DNA from: Candidatus Micrarchaeota archaeon
GTDB lineage: Archaea; Micrarchaeota; Micrarchaeia; Micrarchaeales; CABMGC01
Reading direction: 5' to 3'
Length of the DNA: 64,000 nt
NCBI GenBank assembly: GCA_021817325.1
Contig: JAKAVK010000007.1
Coordinates: 116-64,115 of the forward strand
A program made the translations under genes and the position numbers. Below, one piece after another: positions 1-9,844 of the stretch. Within the stretch, counting starts at the first letter, position 1. Each line of letters begins with the position of its first letter. Below the pieces are notes generated by a model. That model was not told the origin of the DNA and made no database searches. It saw only the letters and a list, made by a program, of their open reading frames with translations.

Positions 1-241
1 AATCCCCTGCCGGAGAGGGGCTTGGCGCACATCATGTGCCTTAGGCAGCATTCTGTAATAAGCATATTCTCGCCACAACCCTGTCCAGAAATGCATATCC
101 GTATCGTCAGCTGTTGGGAAATCGATGGTAATTTCTTGCTTCGTGCGCCTTTCCTAAATATAAGCGTATAACTGCTATGTCAGCACACAACGCTTAAATA
201 GGCTGCTGGTTCCAGACTTATGCACGGGGAGCTGGAGCCAT

Positions 242-1213
242 ATGATACCGGCCAAATTAAAGAGAGGGGACAAGGTAGCGGTAATTGCGCCTGCAAGAAG
301 CCTGGCCATAATCGGAAGGGAAGTCAGGAAAGCAGCGATAGGCAGGCTTGGCGAGCTTGGCTTGGAGGCAGTCTTCTCAAGGCACGCCGAGGAGATGGAT
401 GATTTCAATTCGTCCTCGGTAAGATCAAGGCTTGAGGACCTGCATTGGGCATTTGAGAATAAGGAGTTCAAAGCGGTGTTCACGGCAATCGGCGGATTTA
501 ACTCAAACCAGCTTCTAAGCAACATCGATTACTCACTTATCAAGTCAAATCCCAAGATCTTCTGCGGCTATTCAGACATAACCGCATTGCACAGCGCCAT
601 ATACACGCAGACGGGGCTAGTGACCTACTACGGCCCGCACTTCTCAAGCTTAGGGATGCAAAAGGGGCTAGGCTACACAATTGACCATCTAAAACTATGC
701 CTGATGACCTCAAAGCCGTTCAGCATAAACCCTTCAGGGGAATGGAGCGACGACAGGTGGTTTGAGGACCAGGAGAACAGAACATTTATCAGGAATAGTG
801 GTCATGTTGTAATAAACACGGGTTCAGCGAAAGGCACGATAATAGGCGGAAATGCGTGTACGTTCAACCTTCTTCACGGAACAGCATTCATGCCTGACCT
901 GCAAAGCAGCATACTCTTCATAGAAGACGATTTGGAAAGCAAGCCGCATCATTTCGACAGGAGCCTTCAGTCCATAATACAACAGCCAGGGTTCGACGGG
1001 GTCAGGGGCATCGTCATAGGCAGGTTCCAGAAGGGCAGTGGCATGTCACAGAAGCTGCTTAAAAAGATTATAAGGGGCAAACGCGAACTGGATGGGATTC
1101 CGGTAATTGCGAACGTCGACTTCGGCCATACGACCCCACAGATAACCTTCCCTCTGGGCGGAGAAGCGCAGCTGGACACGGACAAAGACATATTGAAGGT
1201 TGTAAGGCACTAA
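242..1213 (+). CDS. S66 family peptidase (LD-carboxypeptidase / MccF-like)
   Basis: 323 aa; N-terminal P.KL..GD.VAVIAPA, plus GYSDIT (catalytic Ser), LFIED and DFGHT triad motifs. Confidence 0.92.
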   Translation: MIPAKLKRGDKVAVIAPARSLAIIGREVRKAAIGRLGELGLEAVFSRHAEEMDDFNSSSVRSRLEDLHWAFENKEFKAVFTAIGGFNSNQLLSNIDYSLIKSNPKIFCGYSDITALHSAIYTQTGLVTYYGPHFSSLGMQKGLGYTIDHLKLCLMTSKPFSINPSGEWSDDRWFEDQENRTFIRNSGHVVINTGSAKGTIIGGNACTFNLLHGTAFMPDLQSSILFIEDDLESKPHHFDRSLQSIIQQPGFDGVRGIVIGRFQKGSGMSQKLLKKIIRGKRELDGIPVIANVDFGHTTPQITFPLGGEAQLDTDKDILKVVRH

Positions 1214-1231
1214 TTGCAAGCTGGCGGGCCT

Positions 1232-1939
1232 ATGAGCGTACTAGTAATACAGAATATAACCAGGGAAGGGCCAGGCCTGATCGGCAGGGTTCTGTCAGAG
1301 AATGGCATATCCTACGAGACGGTAGACCTAAGCATGGGCCAGGAATTTCCAGATCCTACAGCTTACGATGCACTGGTTGTAATGGGCGGACCGGCAAGCG
1401 CAAACGACAGGACCCCTGTCATGCTGGATGAGATAGCGCATGTGAGAAAGGCCCTTGACAAAGGCATTTCTTATCTTGGTATCTGCCTTGGGATGCAGGT
1501 GCTTGCAAAGGCATCCGGGTCTTCAATAGTGCGCAGCAGGGTGCAGGAAGTCGGCTGGCGCGGGCCAGATGGCTCAGCATTTGAGATAGAGCTCACCGCG
1601 GCAGGTGAAAGTGACCCTATCTTCTCCGGCGTCGAACGCAAGCTGGGCGTTTTCCAGCTCCATGCAGAAGCCGTAGAGCCAAGCAGCTCAATGAAATTGT
1701 TGGCCAGGGGGCGATTCTGCGAGAACCAGGCGATAAGGGTGGGCGAGAACGCATACGGTTTCCAGTGCCATCTAGACCTAACAGCAGACATGTTCGACGT
1801 CTGGGTGCGTGAGGACGCTGACCTGCTTAAGCTGCAAAAGACCACTCTCGAATCGGACTACCTTAAACTGAGGCCAGCATACGAGAAGGCGGGGATGCGG
1901 ATCTTCTCAAATTTCTTTGGCATTGCGGGGCTATTATAA
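1232..1939 (+). CDS. Type 1 glutamine amidotransferase (GMP synthase GATase-like)
   Basis: VMGGP, GICLGMQ nucleophile elbow and FQCHLD; ATG at 1232 preferred over TTG at 1214. Confidence 0.9.
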   Translation: MSVLVIQNITREGPGLIGRVLSENGISYETVDLSMGQEFPDPTAYDALVVMGGPASANDRTPVMLDEIAHVRKALDKGISYLGICLGMQVLAKASGSSIVRSRVQEVGWRGPDGSAFEIELTAAGESDPIFSGVERKLGVFQLHAEAVEPSSSMKLLARGRFCENQAIRVGENAYGFQCHLDLTADMFDVWVREDADLLKLQKTTLESDYLKLRPAYEKAGMRIFSNFFGIAGLL

Positions 1940-2083
1940 AGAGCTAGAGCTGCAGCCAAAGTAAAGGCAGCTTACAACGCATGTGGCAGCCGGATCAGCC
2001 CGCTTATCAAATAAGCGTACTGAGTTATAAGCAAAAAGCATTAAACGCAAAAGAAGTCCGGCCCAGGCAGCGCCTCAATGCGG

Positions 2084-3304
2084 TTAGCGCATCGCGTTTG
2101 GGAGCGCAGGCTGCGGCGCCTTGTCTGTTATCCGCTCGGCCGCCTTCAGGTAAGTCAGGCAGTAGAGAACCGTAAGCGGAAAGCCGTAAAGCACATATGT
2201 GGCGTTAGAAGGCGATTCAAAGAGCAGCAGGGCCACTGCAGCAAGAGATGCAAACCTTCCAACATAAAGGTAAAATTCCCTGTTGAGCCAGTAGTACACC
2301 CTGTTCTTTGATCCGCGGTCTATGAGCTCCATGAAATTTGAGGTCACCTGGTTGTTGAAAGGCGTGTACGCAAGCGTAAACACCACCGAGAACGCAAAGA
2401 TGGCAAGCAGGGGGCTTATAATTCCAGGCGCAAGCAGCAGCAGGGAGCTTCCCACCGCGCCAGCTACAAGAATCCTGCTAATGTTTCTCCATGCTGCCGT
2501 TCTCACCCTTCCGAGGTAGTTGGCAAATATGGCAACAAAAAGAAGAAGGCTTCCGTAGACGCCTGTCAGCGTGTAGCTGCGCGTGATCTCAAAGACATAA
2601 ATGGGCAGGAGGATGCTGTACGGTATGTAAAACACCTGCGATAGGAAGAAATTGGCCTTGTATATCCAATACCCGTCATGCTTTATCCTTATGTGGCGCA
2701 TGCTGAAATTGAGTGGTCTATCTGCCTTCTGCATCTTCACAAGCGAGATTACGTATGCCGAGGCGATGAGCATAACGCAGGCCGCGGCAAAGTCGTAGGC
2801 AAATTTAAGCGATCCGGTGTAAGGCGCATACTCGATCATAAGTCCTGCAAGCGTAGGCGCTATGAACGATACGACACTGCCTATCAGGTTGTTTCTGTAT
2901 ACAAAGCCGCGCCTGTCAATGCCTGCTGAGATATCAGAGCTAAGAATGTTGTTGCCCAGCCAGAAGGTCCCTATCGAGATCCCATATAGAAGGCCGAAGA
3001 CCAATATGTTGGAGATAAGGCTAGCCGCAGCAAGCAGAGAGATCAGGGTTATCGCGCGTATTAGGTTTCCTACAATATAGAAGTCCTTTGGATCGACCCT
3101 GGTGACCCCGTACGCGCAGCCAAAGAGCGCTATCTCAAGGCCGGTGTAGTACAGTATATTGAAGAGTATTACACCCAGGAGCGACGAGGTTGCAAGCACG
3201 AAGAGGTTGATAAATAGGGTTACCAGTCCACCCGAGAATATGTTCAGGTTGTAAGAGATATAGTACAGGCTGGCTCTATCCAATTTCATGAAAATACAAG
3301 GCAT
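2084..3304 (-). CDS. MFS transporter
   Basis: 406 aa, about 12 hydrophobic segments, MFS-like 'APTLAG' and 'REFYLYVGR' motifs. Confidence 0.8.
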   Translation of the reverse strand: MPCIFMKLDRASLYYISYNLNIFSGGLVTLFINLFVLATSSLLGVILFNILYYTGLEIALFGCAYGVTRVDPKDFYIVGNLIRAITLISLLAAASLISNILVFGLLYGISIGTFWLGNNILSSDISAGIDRRGFVYRNNLIGSVVSFIAPTLAGLMIEYAPYTGSLKFAYDFAAACVMLIASAYVISLVKMQKADRPLNFSMRHIRIKHDGYWIYKANFFLSQVFYIPYSILLPIYVFEITRSYTLTGVYGSLLLFVAIFANYLGRVRTAAWRNISRILVAGAVGSSLLLLAPGIISPLLAIFAFSVVFTLAYTPFNNQVTSNFMELIDRGSKNRVYYWLNREFYLYVGRFASLAAVALLLFESPSNATYVLYGFPLTVLYCLTYLKAAERITDKAPQPALPNAMR

Positions 3305-3409
3305 TTAAGCAAATAAATAGTTTCCCTTGCCCTATCTATCGCGCACGCTCCACATCCAAGGCACGGCGCTATCTGCCTTCCCCATATTTTACCAGGCCCT
3401 ATCAATCAG

Positions 3410-3417
3410 TTATATAA
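3410..3417 (+). promoter_or_regulatory. TATA box of the regulator-suf operon
   Basis: TTATATAA about 50 nt upstream of ATG 3466. Confidence 0.6.
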
Positions 3418-3437
3418 AGTTGTTCGTTGCCTATAAG

Positions 3438-3454
3438 TTATAACTGAGTTATAA
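3438..3454. promoter_or_regulatory. Perfect palindromic operator candidate TTATAACT-G-AGTTATAA
   Basis: 8-1-8 inverted repeat between the TATA box and the start codon of the HTH regulator/suf operon. Confidence 0.75.
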
Positions 3455-3465
3455 AAGCGATTTGG

Positions 3466-3807
3466 ATGATAAACGGATATGCAAGGGCAACCAATGAGAT
3501 AATACCCGCAGTGCGCGCCATAATAGCCAAGGAGCTAAAGCAGAGGTACCATATGAAAGAGCAGGACATAGCAAGGTACCTTGATGTAGCACAGGCTGCG
3601 GTCAGCAAGTATCTCAATTGCGAATATTCAAAGAAGATAAAGGAGCTGGAGGCGAAAATAGACAAGAGCACTATAGAGGCCTACCTAAGCAAGCTCGTAC
3701 AAGGGAAAAAGGAGTACGCTAACATGTATGTATGCGCGGTCTGCAAGAAGGAGAACTACTTCGACTGCAAGTTCTCGCAGGCTGCACTGCCGCAGGCAAC
3801 CCAATAG
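3466..3807 (+). CDS. Archaeal HTH transcriptional regulator (COG2522-like) with C-terminal CxxC-x7-C
   Basis: PAVRAIIAKEL...EQDIARYLDVAQAAVSKYL helix-turn-helix; CAVCKKENYFDC tail. Confidence 0.85.
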   Translation: MINGYARATNEIIPAVRAIIAKELKQRYHMKEQDIARYLDVAQAAVSKYLNCEYSKKIKELEAKIDKSTIEAYLSKLVQGKKEYANMYVCAVCKKENYFDCKFSQAALPQATQ

Positions 3808-3820
3808 GTGCATTTGACTC

Positions 3821-5233
3821 ATGGTGAACGAAGGATTAGAAGAGATGGTTGAGAAGTCGGAGTATGTGGAAAAGTACGGATTCAGCAATGATATCGTATA
3901 CGAAGAATTTCCAAGAGGGCTCTCCGAAGAGATAGTAAGGAAGATATCGGAGATGAAGAGCGAGCCGGACTGGATGCTCGAGAAGCGGCTCACGGGCCTG
4001 AAGGTATTCGAGAGCAAGCCTGTTCCGCGGTGGGGCGCGGATCTCAGTGCCCTCAATTTCGATGATTATTACTACTACCTGATGCCCAAGTCCAAGGAGT
4101 CAAACAGGTGGGAGGACGTCCCAAAGGACATCAAGGACACGTTCGACAGGCTCGGGGTTCCAGAAGCGGAGAAGAAGTTCTTTTCCGGCGCAGAGGCGCA
4201 ATTTGACAGCGGGGTGGTCTATTCGCACATAAACGAGGAGCTCGAGAGACTGGGCATAATATTCACCGACACTGACACCGCGGTCAAGAAGTATCCGGAG
4301 CTGTTCAGGAAGTACTGGGGGACGGTAATCCCACCTACGGACAACAAATTTGCAGCGCTGAACACCGCCGTGTGGAGTGGAGGTTCGTTCATCTACGTGC
4401 CAAAAGGCGTCAAGGTGCCAATGCCGCTCAATGCGTACTTCAGGATAAACGCAATGAATGCCGGACAGTTTGAGAGGACGCTGATAATAGCTGACGAGGG
4501 TGCAGATGTAACTTACATAGAGGGCTGCACGGCTCCAGTATACAAGAAGGACTCGCTGCACGCAGCTGTAGTCGAATTGGTCGCGCTTGAAGGCGCCCAC
4601 ATAAGATACGTAACCATCCAGAACTGGTCGAAGAACATCTACAACCTTGTGACGCAGAGGGCGCACGCTTCAAAGAACGCAAGAGTCGAGTGGATCGATG
4701 CAAACATCGGCAGCAAGATTAACATGAAGTACCCATCAATCTACCTGATGGGTGAGCATGCCAGGGGAGAGGTCCTCTCAATAGCCATTGCCGGCGACGG
4801 CCAGGTGCAGGATTCCGGCGGAAAGATATACCATCTCGCATCCAACACCACCTCAAAGATCGTATCCAAGAGCATCTCAAAGGGATCCGGTGTTACCTCG
4901 TTTAGGGGGCTAATGCACATAGCAAAGAATGCTGCCAGTGTCAAGGCGCACGTCTCCTGCGACGCCCTCCTTCTAGACGAGTATGCAAAGACAAATACCT
5001 ATCCGTACAACCAGATAAACAGGAGCGATGCGATAATAAGCCACGAGGCGAAGGTGGGCAAGATAAGCGATGACGACATATTCTACCTCATGTCGCGAGG
5101 CATACCAGAGGACGATGCCATAGCGATGATAGTGCTCGGCTTCATAGACGACCTGACCAAGGTGCTGCCGCTCGAGTACTCGCTTGAGCTCAAGAGGCTT
5201 ATAAAGCTGGACACAAGCAAGGGAATAGGCTGA
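3821..5233 (+). CDS. sufB: Fe-S cluster assembly protein SufB
   Basis: 470 aa; DNKFAALN.AVWSGGSF, GQFERTLII, YIEGCTAP, LHAAVVE and CDALL motifs. Confidence 0.97.
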   Translation: MVNEGLEEMVEKSEYVEKYGFSNDIVYEEFPRGLSEEIVRKISEMKSEPDWMLEKRLTGLKVFESKPVPRWGADLSALNFDDYYYYLMPKSKESNRWEDVPKDIKDTFDRLGVPEAEKKFFSGAEAQFDSGVVYSHINEELERLGIIFTDTDTAVKKYPELFRKYWGTVIPPTDNKFAALNTAVWSGGSFIYVPKGVKVPMPLNAYFRINAMNAGQFERTLIIADEGADVTYIEGCTAPVYKKDSLHAAVVELVALEGAHIRYVTIQNWSKNIYNLVTQRAHASKNARVEWIDANIGSKINMKYPSIYLMGEHARGEVLSIAIAGDGQVQDSGGKIYHLASNTTSKIVSKSISKGSGVTSFRGLMHIAKNAASVKAHVSCDALLLDEYAKTNTYPYNQINRSDAIISHEAKVGKISDDDIFYLMSRGIPEDDAIAMIVLGFIDDLTKVLPLEYSLELKRLIKLDTSKGIG

Positions 5234-5250
5234 CAGGAACGGTGCGAAGA

Positions 5251-6495
5251 ATGGATTCTTACAGGGAGTTTGTCAACGAAGCGGAGCGCTACCACAAGAC
5301 GCTGCCATACGAGACGGTGGACCTCTATAAGAAGTACAGCGTCGACATCCAGCTACTCAGCGGAGAGAGGGAGTTCAGGCAGCTGAGCAGGCCTGCGGTA
5401 GAGTCGGCAGCATTCGTTGCCGAGACGGAGAGCAAGATGCACATGAGGTTCGACGTGGTGGTGAGCGACGGGATGGCAAGGTGTGCAAGCCCGCACGCAA
5501 GGATCCTCGAAGGCGACCGGGCTGCAGGCATAGTCTCGTCAAAGATCTTCAGGAGCAGCGAGGACAAAATAGCCGCGTTTCTCAACGCAAAGTCGAGGTA
5601 TTATGTAGTCATAGACGTGCCAAGCGGCGAGAAGGCCGCGGTAAACATGCTGTTTGCGAGTACGGGGCACCTGCCTGTGCAGGTGATAATAAACCTCGCA
5701 AGGAACTCGGCGCTCAATGTCTCCGAGTACTATGCATCTAATACTGAAGAGGATCCGTCACTGATGGCAGTGCTCCACGAGATAAATGCCCAGGAGGGCT
5801 CGCGTGCGCAGGTCAGCATGCTCCACAACGAGAATGGCAAGACCGACGTCGCAAGCATCTACAAGGCTCTCGCGGCCCAGGATGCCCACGTGGAACTAAA
5901 TTCGGTATACTGCGGCGGCAGGTACACCAAGGCGCGGGGCACGCTCGATGCCAGCGGGCCAATGTCCAGAATGGAGGCTACCGAACTGGTCCTGGGCAGC
6001 GAAGACCAGGCGTTCGACATAAATACGGTAATAAACAACGTAAAGCCAATGAGCTACACCGATCTGCGGTCCGGGGCCGTTCTTGACGGTGCGTCCAGAT
6101 GCATGCTCAAGGGCTTTGCAAAGGTGGAGAACAAGGCGCGCGGCGCCAGCTCGCGCATAACCGAGCGTGGCATATTGCTAAGTCCTGATGCCCACATAGA
6201 CGCGCTGCCGGACATGGCCATAGACTACAGCAACGAGGTCAGGGCAACCCACTCGGCATCCACCTCGCCGATAGACACAGATGCCCTCTTCTATATGACA
6301 TCGCGCGGCCTGGACGAGGCGAAAGCAAGGCAGCTCTTCGTAGCCGCATTCATCGCCAAGTACATAGCGAGGATGGAGAGCCCTGCGATGAGAGAGGTCG
6401 CGATGTCTGTACTGCTCGACAAGCTCGAGACCGGCAGGTTCGGAACGCTTAACGAAGTTACACCCAGAAACATCTGGATAACCGGAAAGACGTGA
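5251..6495 (+). CDS. sufD: Fe-S cluster assembly protein SufD
   Basis: SufBD-family C-terminus (V.ATHSAS, LFYMTSRGL), located between sufB and sufC; start ATG 5251 or GTG 5242. Confidence 0.88.
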   Translation: MDSYREFVNEAERYHKTLPYETVDLYKKYSVDIQLLSGEREFRQLSRPAVESAAFVAETESKMHMRFDVVVSDGMARCASPHARILEGDRAAGIVSSKIFRSSEDKIAAFLNAKSRYYVVIDVPSGEKAAVNMLFASTGHLPVQVIINLARNSALNVSEYYASNTEEDPSLMAVLHEINAQEGSRAQVSMLHNENGKTDVASIYKALAAQDAHVELNSVYCGGRYTKARGTLDASGPMSRMEATELVLGSEDQAFDINTVINNVKPMSYTDLRSGAVLDGASRCMLKGFAKVENKARGASSRITERGILLSPDAHIDALPDMAIDYSNEVRATHSASTSPIDTDALFYMTSRGLDEAKARQLFVAAFIAKYIARMESPAMREVAMSVLLDKLETGRFGTLNEVTPRNIWITGKT

Positions 6496-6499
6496 TGGT

Positions 6500-7225
6500 A
6501 TGTTATTGGAGATAAAAGGCCTTCATGTAGAGGCCGAAGGCAAGGAGATAGTAAAGGGCGTCAGCCTAAAGGTGAGCAGCGGGGAGCAGCACGTGATCAT
6601 GGGCCCGAATGGCTCGGGCAAGACAACGCTTGCAAAGGCCATAATGGGCCATCCCCTTCTTAAGGTGACTGGCGGCGAGATGCTTGTTGACGGAGAGAGC
6701 ATCCTTGAGATGAAGGCCAACGAGCGCGCGAAGAGGGGCATCTTCCTCGAGTTCCAGAGTCCTACCGAGATAGAGGGCCTTGGGATAATGAACTTCCTGA
6801 ATACCGCGAGGAGCGCGATTGGAAGCAAGGGTTCGTTCAAGGAGTTCATGACCGAGGTCAAGCAGAATGCAGAGAGCCTAAGGCTGAAGGATGATCTGAT
6901 AGGCAGGTCTCTGAACTACGGCTTCTCAGGAGGGGAGAAGAAGAAGGTGGAGATACTCCAGATGTCCATACTCAAGCCTAAGATAGCGATATTGGACGAG
7001 CCGGATTCGGGGCTCGATGTCGATGCGGTCAGGGTGGTCGCAGAGAACGTAAACAAGTTCCACAGGGAGACCAACGCCGGCCTTGTGGTGATAACGCACT
7101 ACAGCAGGATACTAAACTATATGAAGCCGCAGTTCATACACATAATGCATGACGGCAGGATAGTGAGGGAAGGGGGCGTGGAGCTGATAGAGGAGATAGA
7201 GAAGAACGGGTACAACTTCGAGTGA
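6500..7225 (+). CDS. sufC: Fe-S cluster assembly ATPase SufC
   Basis: GPNGSGKT, GFSGGEKKK, LDEPDSGLD and ITHY motifs. Confidence 0.97.
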   Translation: MLLEIKGLHVEAEGKEIVKGVSLKVSSGEQHVIMGPNGSGKTTLAKAIMGHPLLKVTGGEMLVDGESILEMKANERAKRGIFLEFQSPTEIEGLGIMNFLNTARSAIGSKGSFKEFMTEVKQNAESLRLKDDLIGRSLNYGFSGGEKKKVEILQMSILKPKIAILDEPDSGLDVDAVRVVAENVNKFHRETNAGLVVITHYSRILNYMKPQFIHIMHDGRIVREGGVELIEEIEKNGYNFE

Positions 7226-8478
7226 TGCGGATGGGGCTTGACGTAGAGAGCATAAGAAAGGATTTTCCCATACTGAGCACAACGTCCCACGGCAAGCCGC
7301 TTGTCTATCTCGACAGCGCTGCAACCTCGCAGAAGCCTGTGCAGGTTATAAATGCGGTCTCGGAGTACTACAGGAACTACAATGCGAACATACACCGCGG
7401 CATCTATGAGATATCAGTCAAGGCGACAGAGGAATATGAAAGGTCAAAGGAGCTGGCCGCCAAGTTCATCAATGCAGGCTCGTACAGGAGCATAGTCTAC
7501 AACAGGAACACCACAGAGGCCATAAATACCGTTGCGATCGCCTGGGGGGAGGCGAACATAGGCAAGGGGGACCACATACTTATAACGCAGATGGAGCACC
7601 ACAGCAACATAGTGCCCTGGCAGCTTCTTGCAAAGAGAAGGGGGGCGATATTGGACTACGCGCCGCTCGACAAGGAGAACCGCTTCATAGACATGGAGGG
7701 CTTAAAGGAGCTGCTGGAGCGCGGCCCTAAGATGGTCTCATTCACCCACGTCTCCAATGTGCTCGGCACCATAAACGATGCAAAGGAGATAACCGCACTC
7801 GCCCACAAGGCAGGCGCAAGGGTGCTGGTTGATGGAGCCCAGGCGGTGCCCCATATGAAGGTCGATGTTAGGGAGATAGATTGCGACTTCTATGCGTTCT
7901 CAAGCCACAAGATGCTCGGCCCCGCAGGTACAGGCGTGCTGTACGGCAAGGAGGAGCTGCTCGAGGAGATGCCGCCGTTCCTGGGCGGCGGAGAGATGAT
8001 AAGGTCGGTGGGCTTCGATGGCGCCACATGGAACGACATTCCGTGGAAGTTCGAGGCGGGGACGCAGAACACCGAGAGCGCCATAGGGCTTGCCGCTGCA
8101 ATGGAATATCTCGGAAGGATAGGCATGGACGAGGTCAGAAGGCACGAGGAAGTGCTGACAAGATACGCCTTGGAGAGGCTGCAGGACACGAGCGGCGTAG
8201 AGACGTACGGACCGGAGGGAAATGACCTGAAGAGAAAGGGCGGGGTGATCGCATTCAACGTAAAGGGCGCCCATCCCCATGACGTTGCAAGCATATTCGA
8301 CAGGGAGGGCATTGCGATAAGGGCCGGCCACCACTGCGCCATGCCTCTTGTCACAAAGATGCTAAACGAGCCTGCCGTTGCGCGCGCAAGCTTCTACATA
8401 TACACAAGCGAAGGGGAGATAGACAGGATGGTCCAGGCGGTATCCAGGGTCAAGGAGGTCTTGCATCTTAACAGGTAA
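7225..8478 (+). CDS. sufS: Cysteine desulfurase, SufS type
   Basis: YLDSAATSQKP, SSHKM (PLP lysine) and RAGHHCA (group II catalytic Cys); start at 7222, 7225 or 7231. Confidence 0.96.
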   Translation: MRMGLDVESIRKDFPILSTTSHGKPLVYLDSAATSQKPVQVINAVSEYYRNYNANIHRGIYEISVKATEEYERSKELAAKFINAGSYRSIVYNRNTTEAINTVAIAWGEANIGKGDHILITQMEHHSNIVPWQLLAKRRGAILDYAPLDKENRFIDMEGLKELLERGPKMVSFTHVSNVLGTINDAKEITALAHKAGARVLVDGAQAVPHMKVDVREIDCDFYAFSSHKMLGPAGTGVLYGKEELLEEMPPFLGGGEMIRSVGFDGATWNDIPWKFEAGTQNTESAIGLAAAMEYLGRIGMDEVRRHEEVLTRYALERLQDTSGVETYGPEGNDLKRKGGVIAFNVKGAHPHDVASIFDREGIAIRAGHHCAMPLVTKMLNEPAVARASFYIYTSEGEIDRMVQAVSRVKEVLHLNR

Positions 8479-8489
8479 TCTTTTTATTT
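8479..8489 (+). terminator. T-rich archaeal terminator candidate after sufS
   Basis: TCTTTTTATTT immediately after the stop codon. Confidence 0.45.
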
Positions 8490-8522
8490 GGTGGCGGAGA
8501 GATATGATAGCAAGGAGGTTTT

Positions 8523-9557
8523 ATGCAAAGGTTAGGTATCCGCAGTCCCGGAAAGGTTGAAGCAGGGCCCAGCGCAGCGGACAACGCCGTTGCCGCAGGA
8601 CCAGCATCCGCCACCGAGCCATGCGTCAGGGCTCGCAGCTGGGAAGGCAGATTCGAGAAGCTCTCAGACATGCCGTATCAGCAGCTTGCCGAACTTGCTA
8701 GGGATCTGAGCAGCTACAAGGAGCTGTTCGAGAGACTAAGCGAGAGCGGGCTTGTGAGCGAGGAGCTCACATATGGCGCCGTCTACAAGGAAGTGGTCAG
8801 CAGGCGCAGATTGATACTTAAGCCTGGCTCGGGCCTTGTGGAATCCAATGCAAGGCGCACAACAGCGCTAACAAAGCTGATACCAACCGAGTACCTGGAG
8901 GAACTGAGGCTGAGATCGTATGAGGATGTAAGGATAATGATAGAGCGCATAACTGATGCTGCTGACAGGGCAATTGAGATAGATGCGAGGATAGCAAAGA
9001 CCCCGGGCTACACGGCTGCCGACGAGAAGGAGCGTTCGGCGATCCTCATCGGGGTTGCCGGCATGCTGCACGTGCTTGCCCAGCGATACGGTTACATAGG
9101 CCAATCGGAAACATCGAGACGGCTCGAGCAGCATTGCGATGAAATAACTAAGTCTGCAAACGAGCCGCGCAGGCCGGGCATGGCAATGAGCCTTGATGAC
9201 CTTGCCAAGAGTGTTGCAGCCCAGCACAGGCCTCTGGTGCCGCAGGGCACAGATCCGCAGACCGCAAAGGCCGTAGAGACCATACAGAGGCTCGTGGCGG
9301 ATGCAGCAGCAATGAGGCCAAAGGTCGCATCCGGGGTTGTTGGCGCAGGGGATCTGGCGGAGCAGCTGGACAAGATAAGAAAGGGGATGGAGTATGTGTC
9401 AGACAAGTACTATCATCCCGGCAAGCAGGCCCTGAAGCAGCCAACGCAGAACCTTGCCGCGGCGAATTACTGGCAGGCGATGGCCGATGAGGCGCAGCGG
9501 CTAAGCAAGGCGATAGGGGCCGCTCCCGCAGATTTTGCAGGTGCCGTGCGAAGATGA
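8523..9557 (+). CDS. Hypothetical helical protein
   Basis: 344-aa ORF with GGAGGT ribosome-binding site upstream; no recognisable motif. Confidence 0.75.
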   Translation: MQRLGIRSPGKVEAGPSAADNAVAAGPASATEPCVRARSWEGRFEKLSDMPYQQLAELARDLSSYKELFERLSESGLVSEELTYGAVYKEVVSRRRLILKPGSGLVESNARRTTALTKLIPTEYLEELRLRSYEDVRIMIERITDAADRAIEIDARIAKTPGYTAADEKERSAILIGVAGMLHVLAQRYGYIGQSETSRRLEQHCDEITKSANEPRRPGMAMSLDDLAKSVAAQHRPLVPQGTDPQTAKAVETIQRLVADAAAMRPKVASGVVGAGDLAEQLDKIRKGMEYVSDKYYHPGKQALKQPTQNLAAANYWQAMADEAQRLSKAIGAAPADFAGAVRR

Positions 9558-9715
9558 AAACCGAGCCTTATGTCTGCGAGTGCGGAAGCACGATATTTGT
9601 AAGATATACGGGTGACAAACGGATATACTGCAAGAGGTGCCGCAAACCTGTCCCTGAGAATGTCGTATTTAAGGATGAATTCGGGCAGGGAAAGCCAGAC
9701 CAGCACGTCCTCTGA
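9554..9715 (+). CDS. Small zinc-ribbon protein (53 aa, not in the ORF track)
   Basis: Manual translation MKTEPYVCECGSTIFVRYTGDKRIYCKRCRKPVPENVVFKDEFGQGKPDQHVL*; ATGA overlap with the upstream stop. Confidence 0.75.
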   Translation: MKTEPYVCECGSTIFVRYTGDKRIYCKRCRKPVPENVVFKDEFGQGKPDQHVL

Positions 9716-9844
9716 CCGCATCATGCGTGGAAGCTATCGCAGTCGGCGCATTTCCTATCAACGCAGGCCGCGTCCAATCCATGCATGCTTATGCCCAGCT
9801 CCTTCCCACCAGCGTATCCATCGTACTCAATGCTCTTTGCGAGT

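Noticed and set aside
1-174. Possible partial - strand gene at the window start
   Set aside because: Too short to choose a frame or assign a function.
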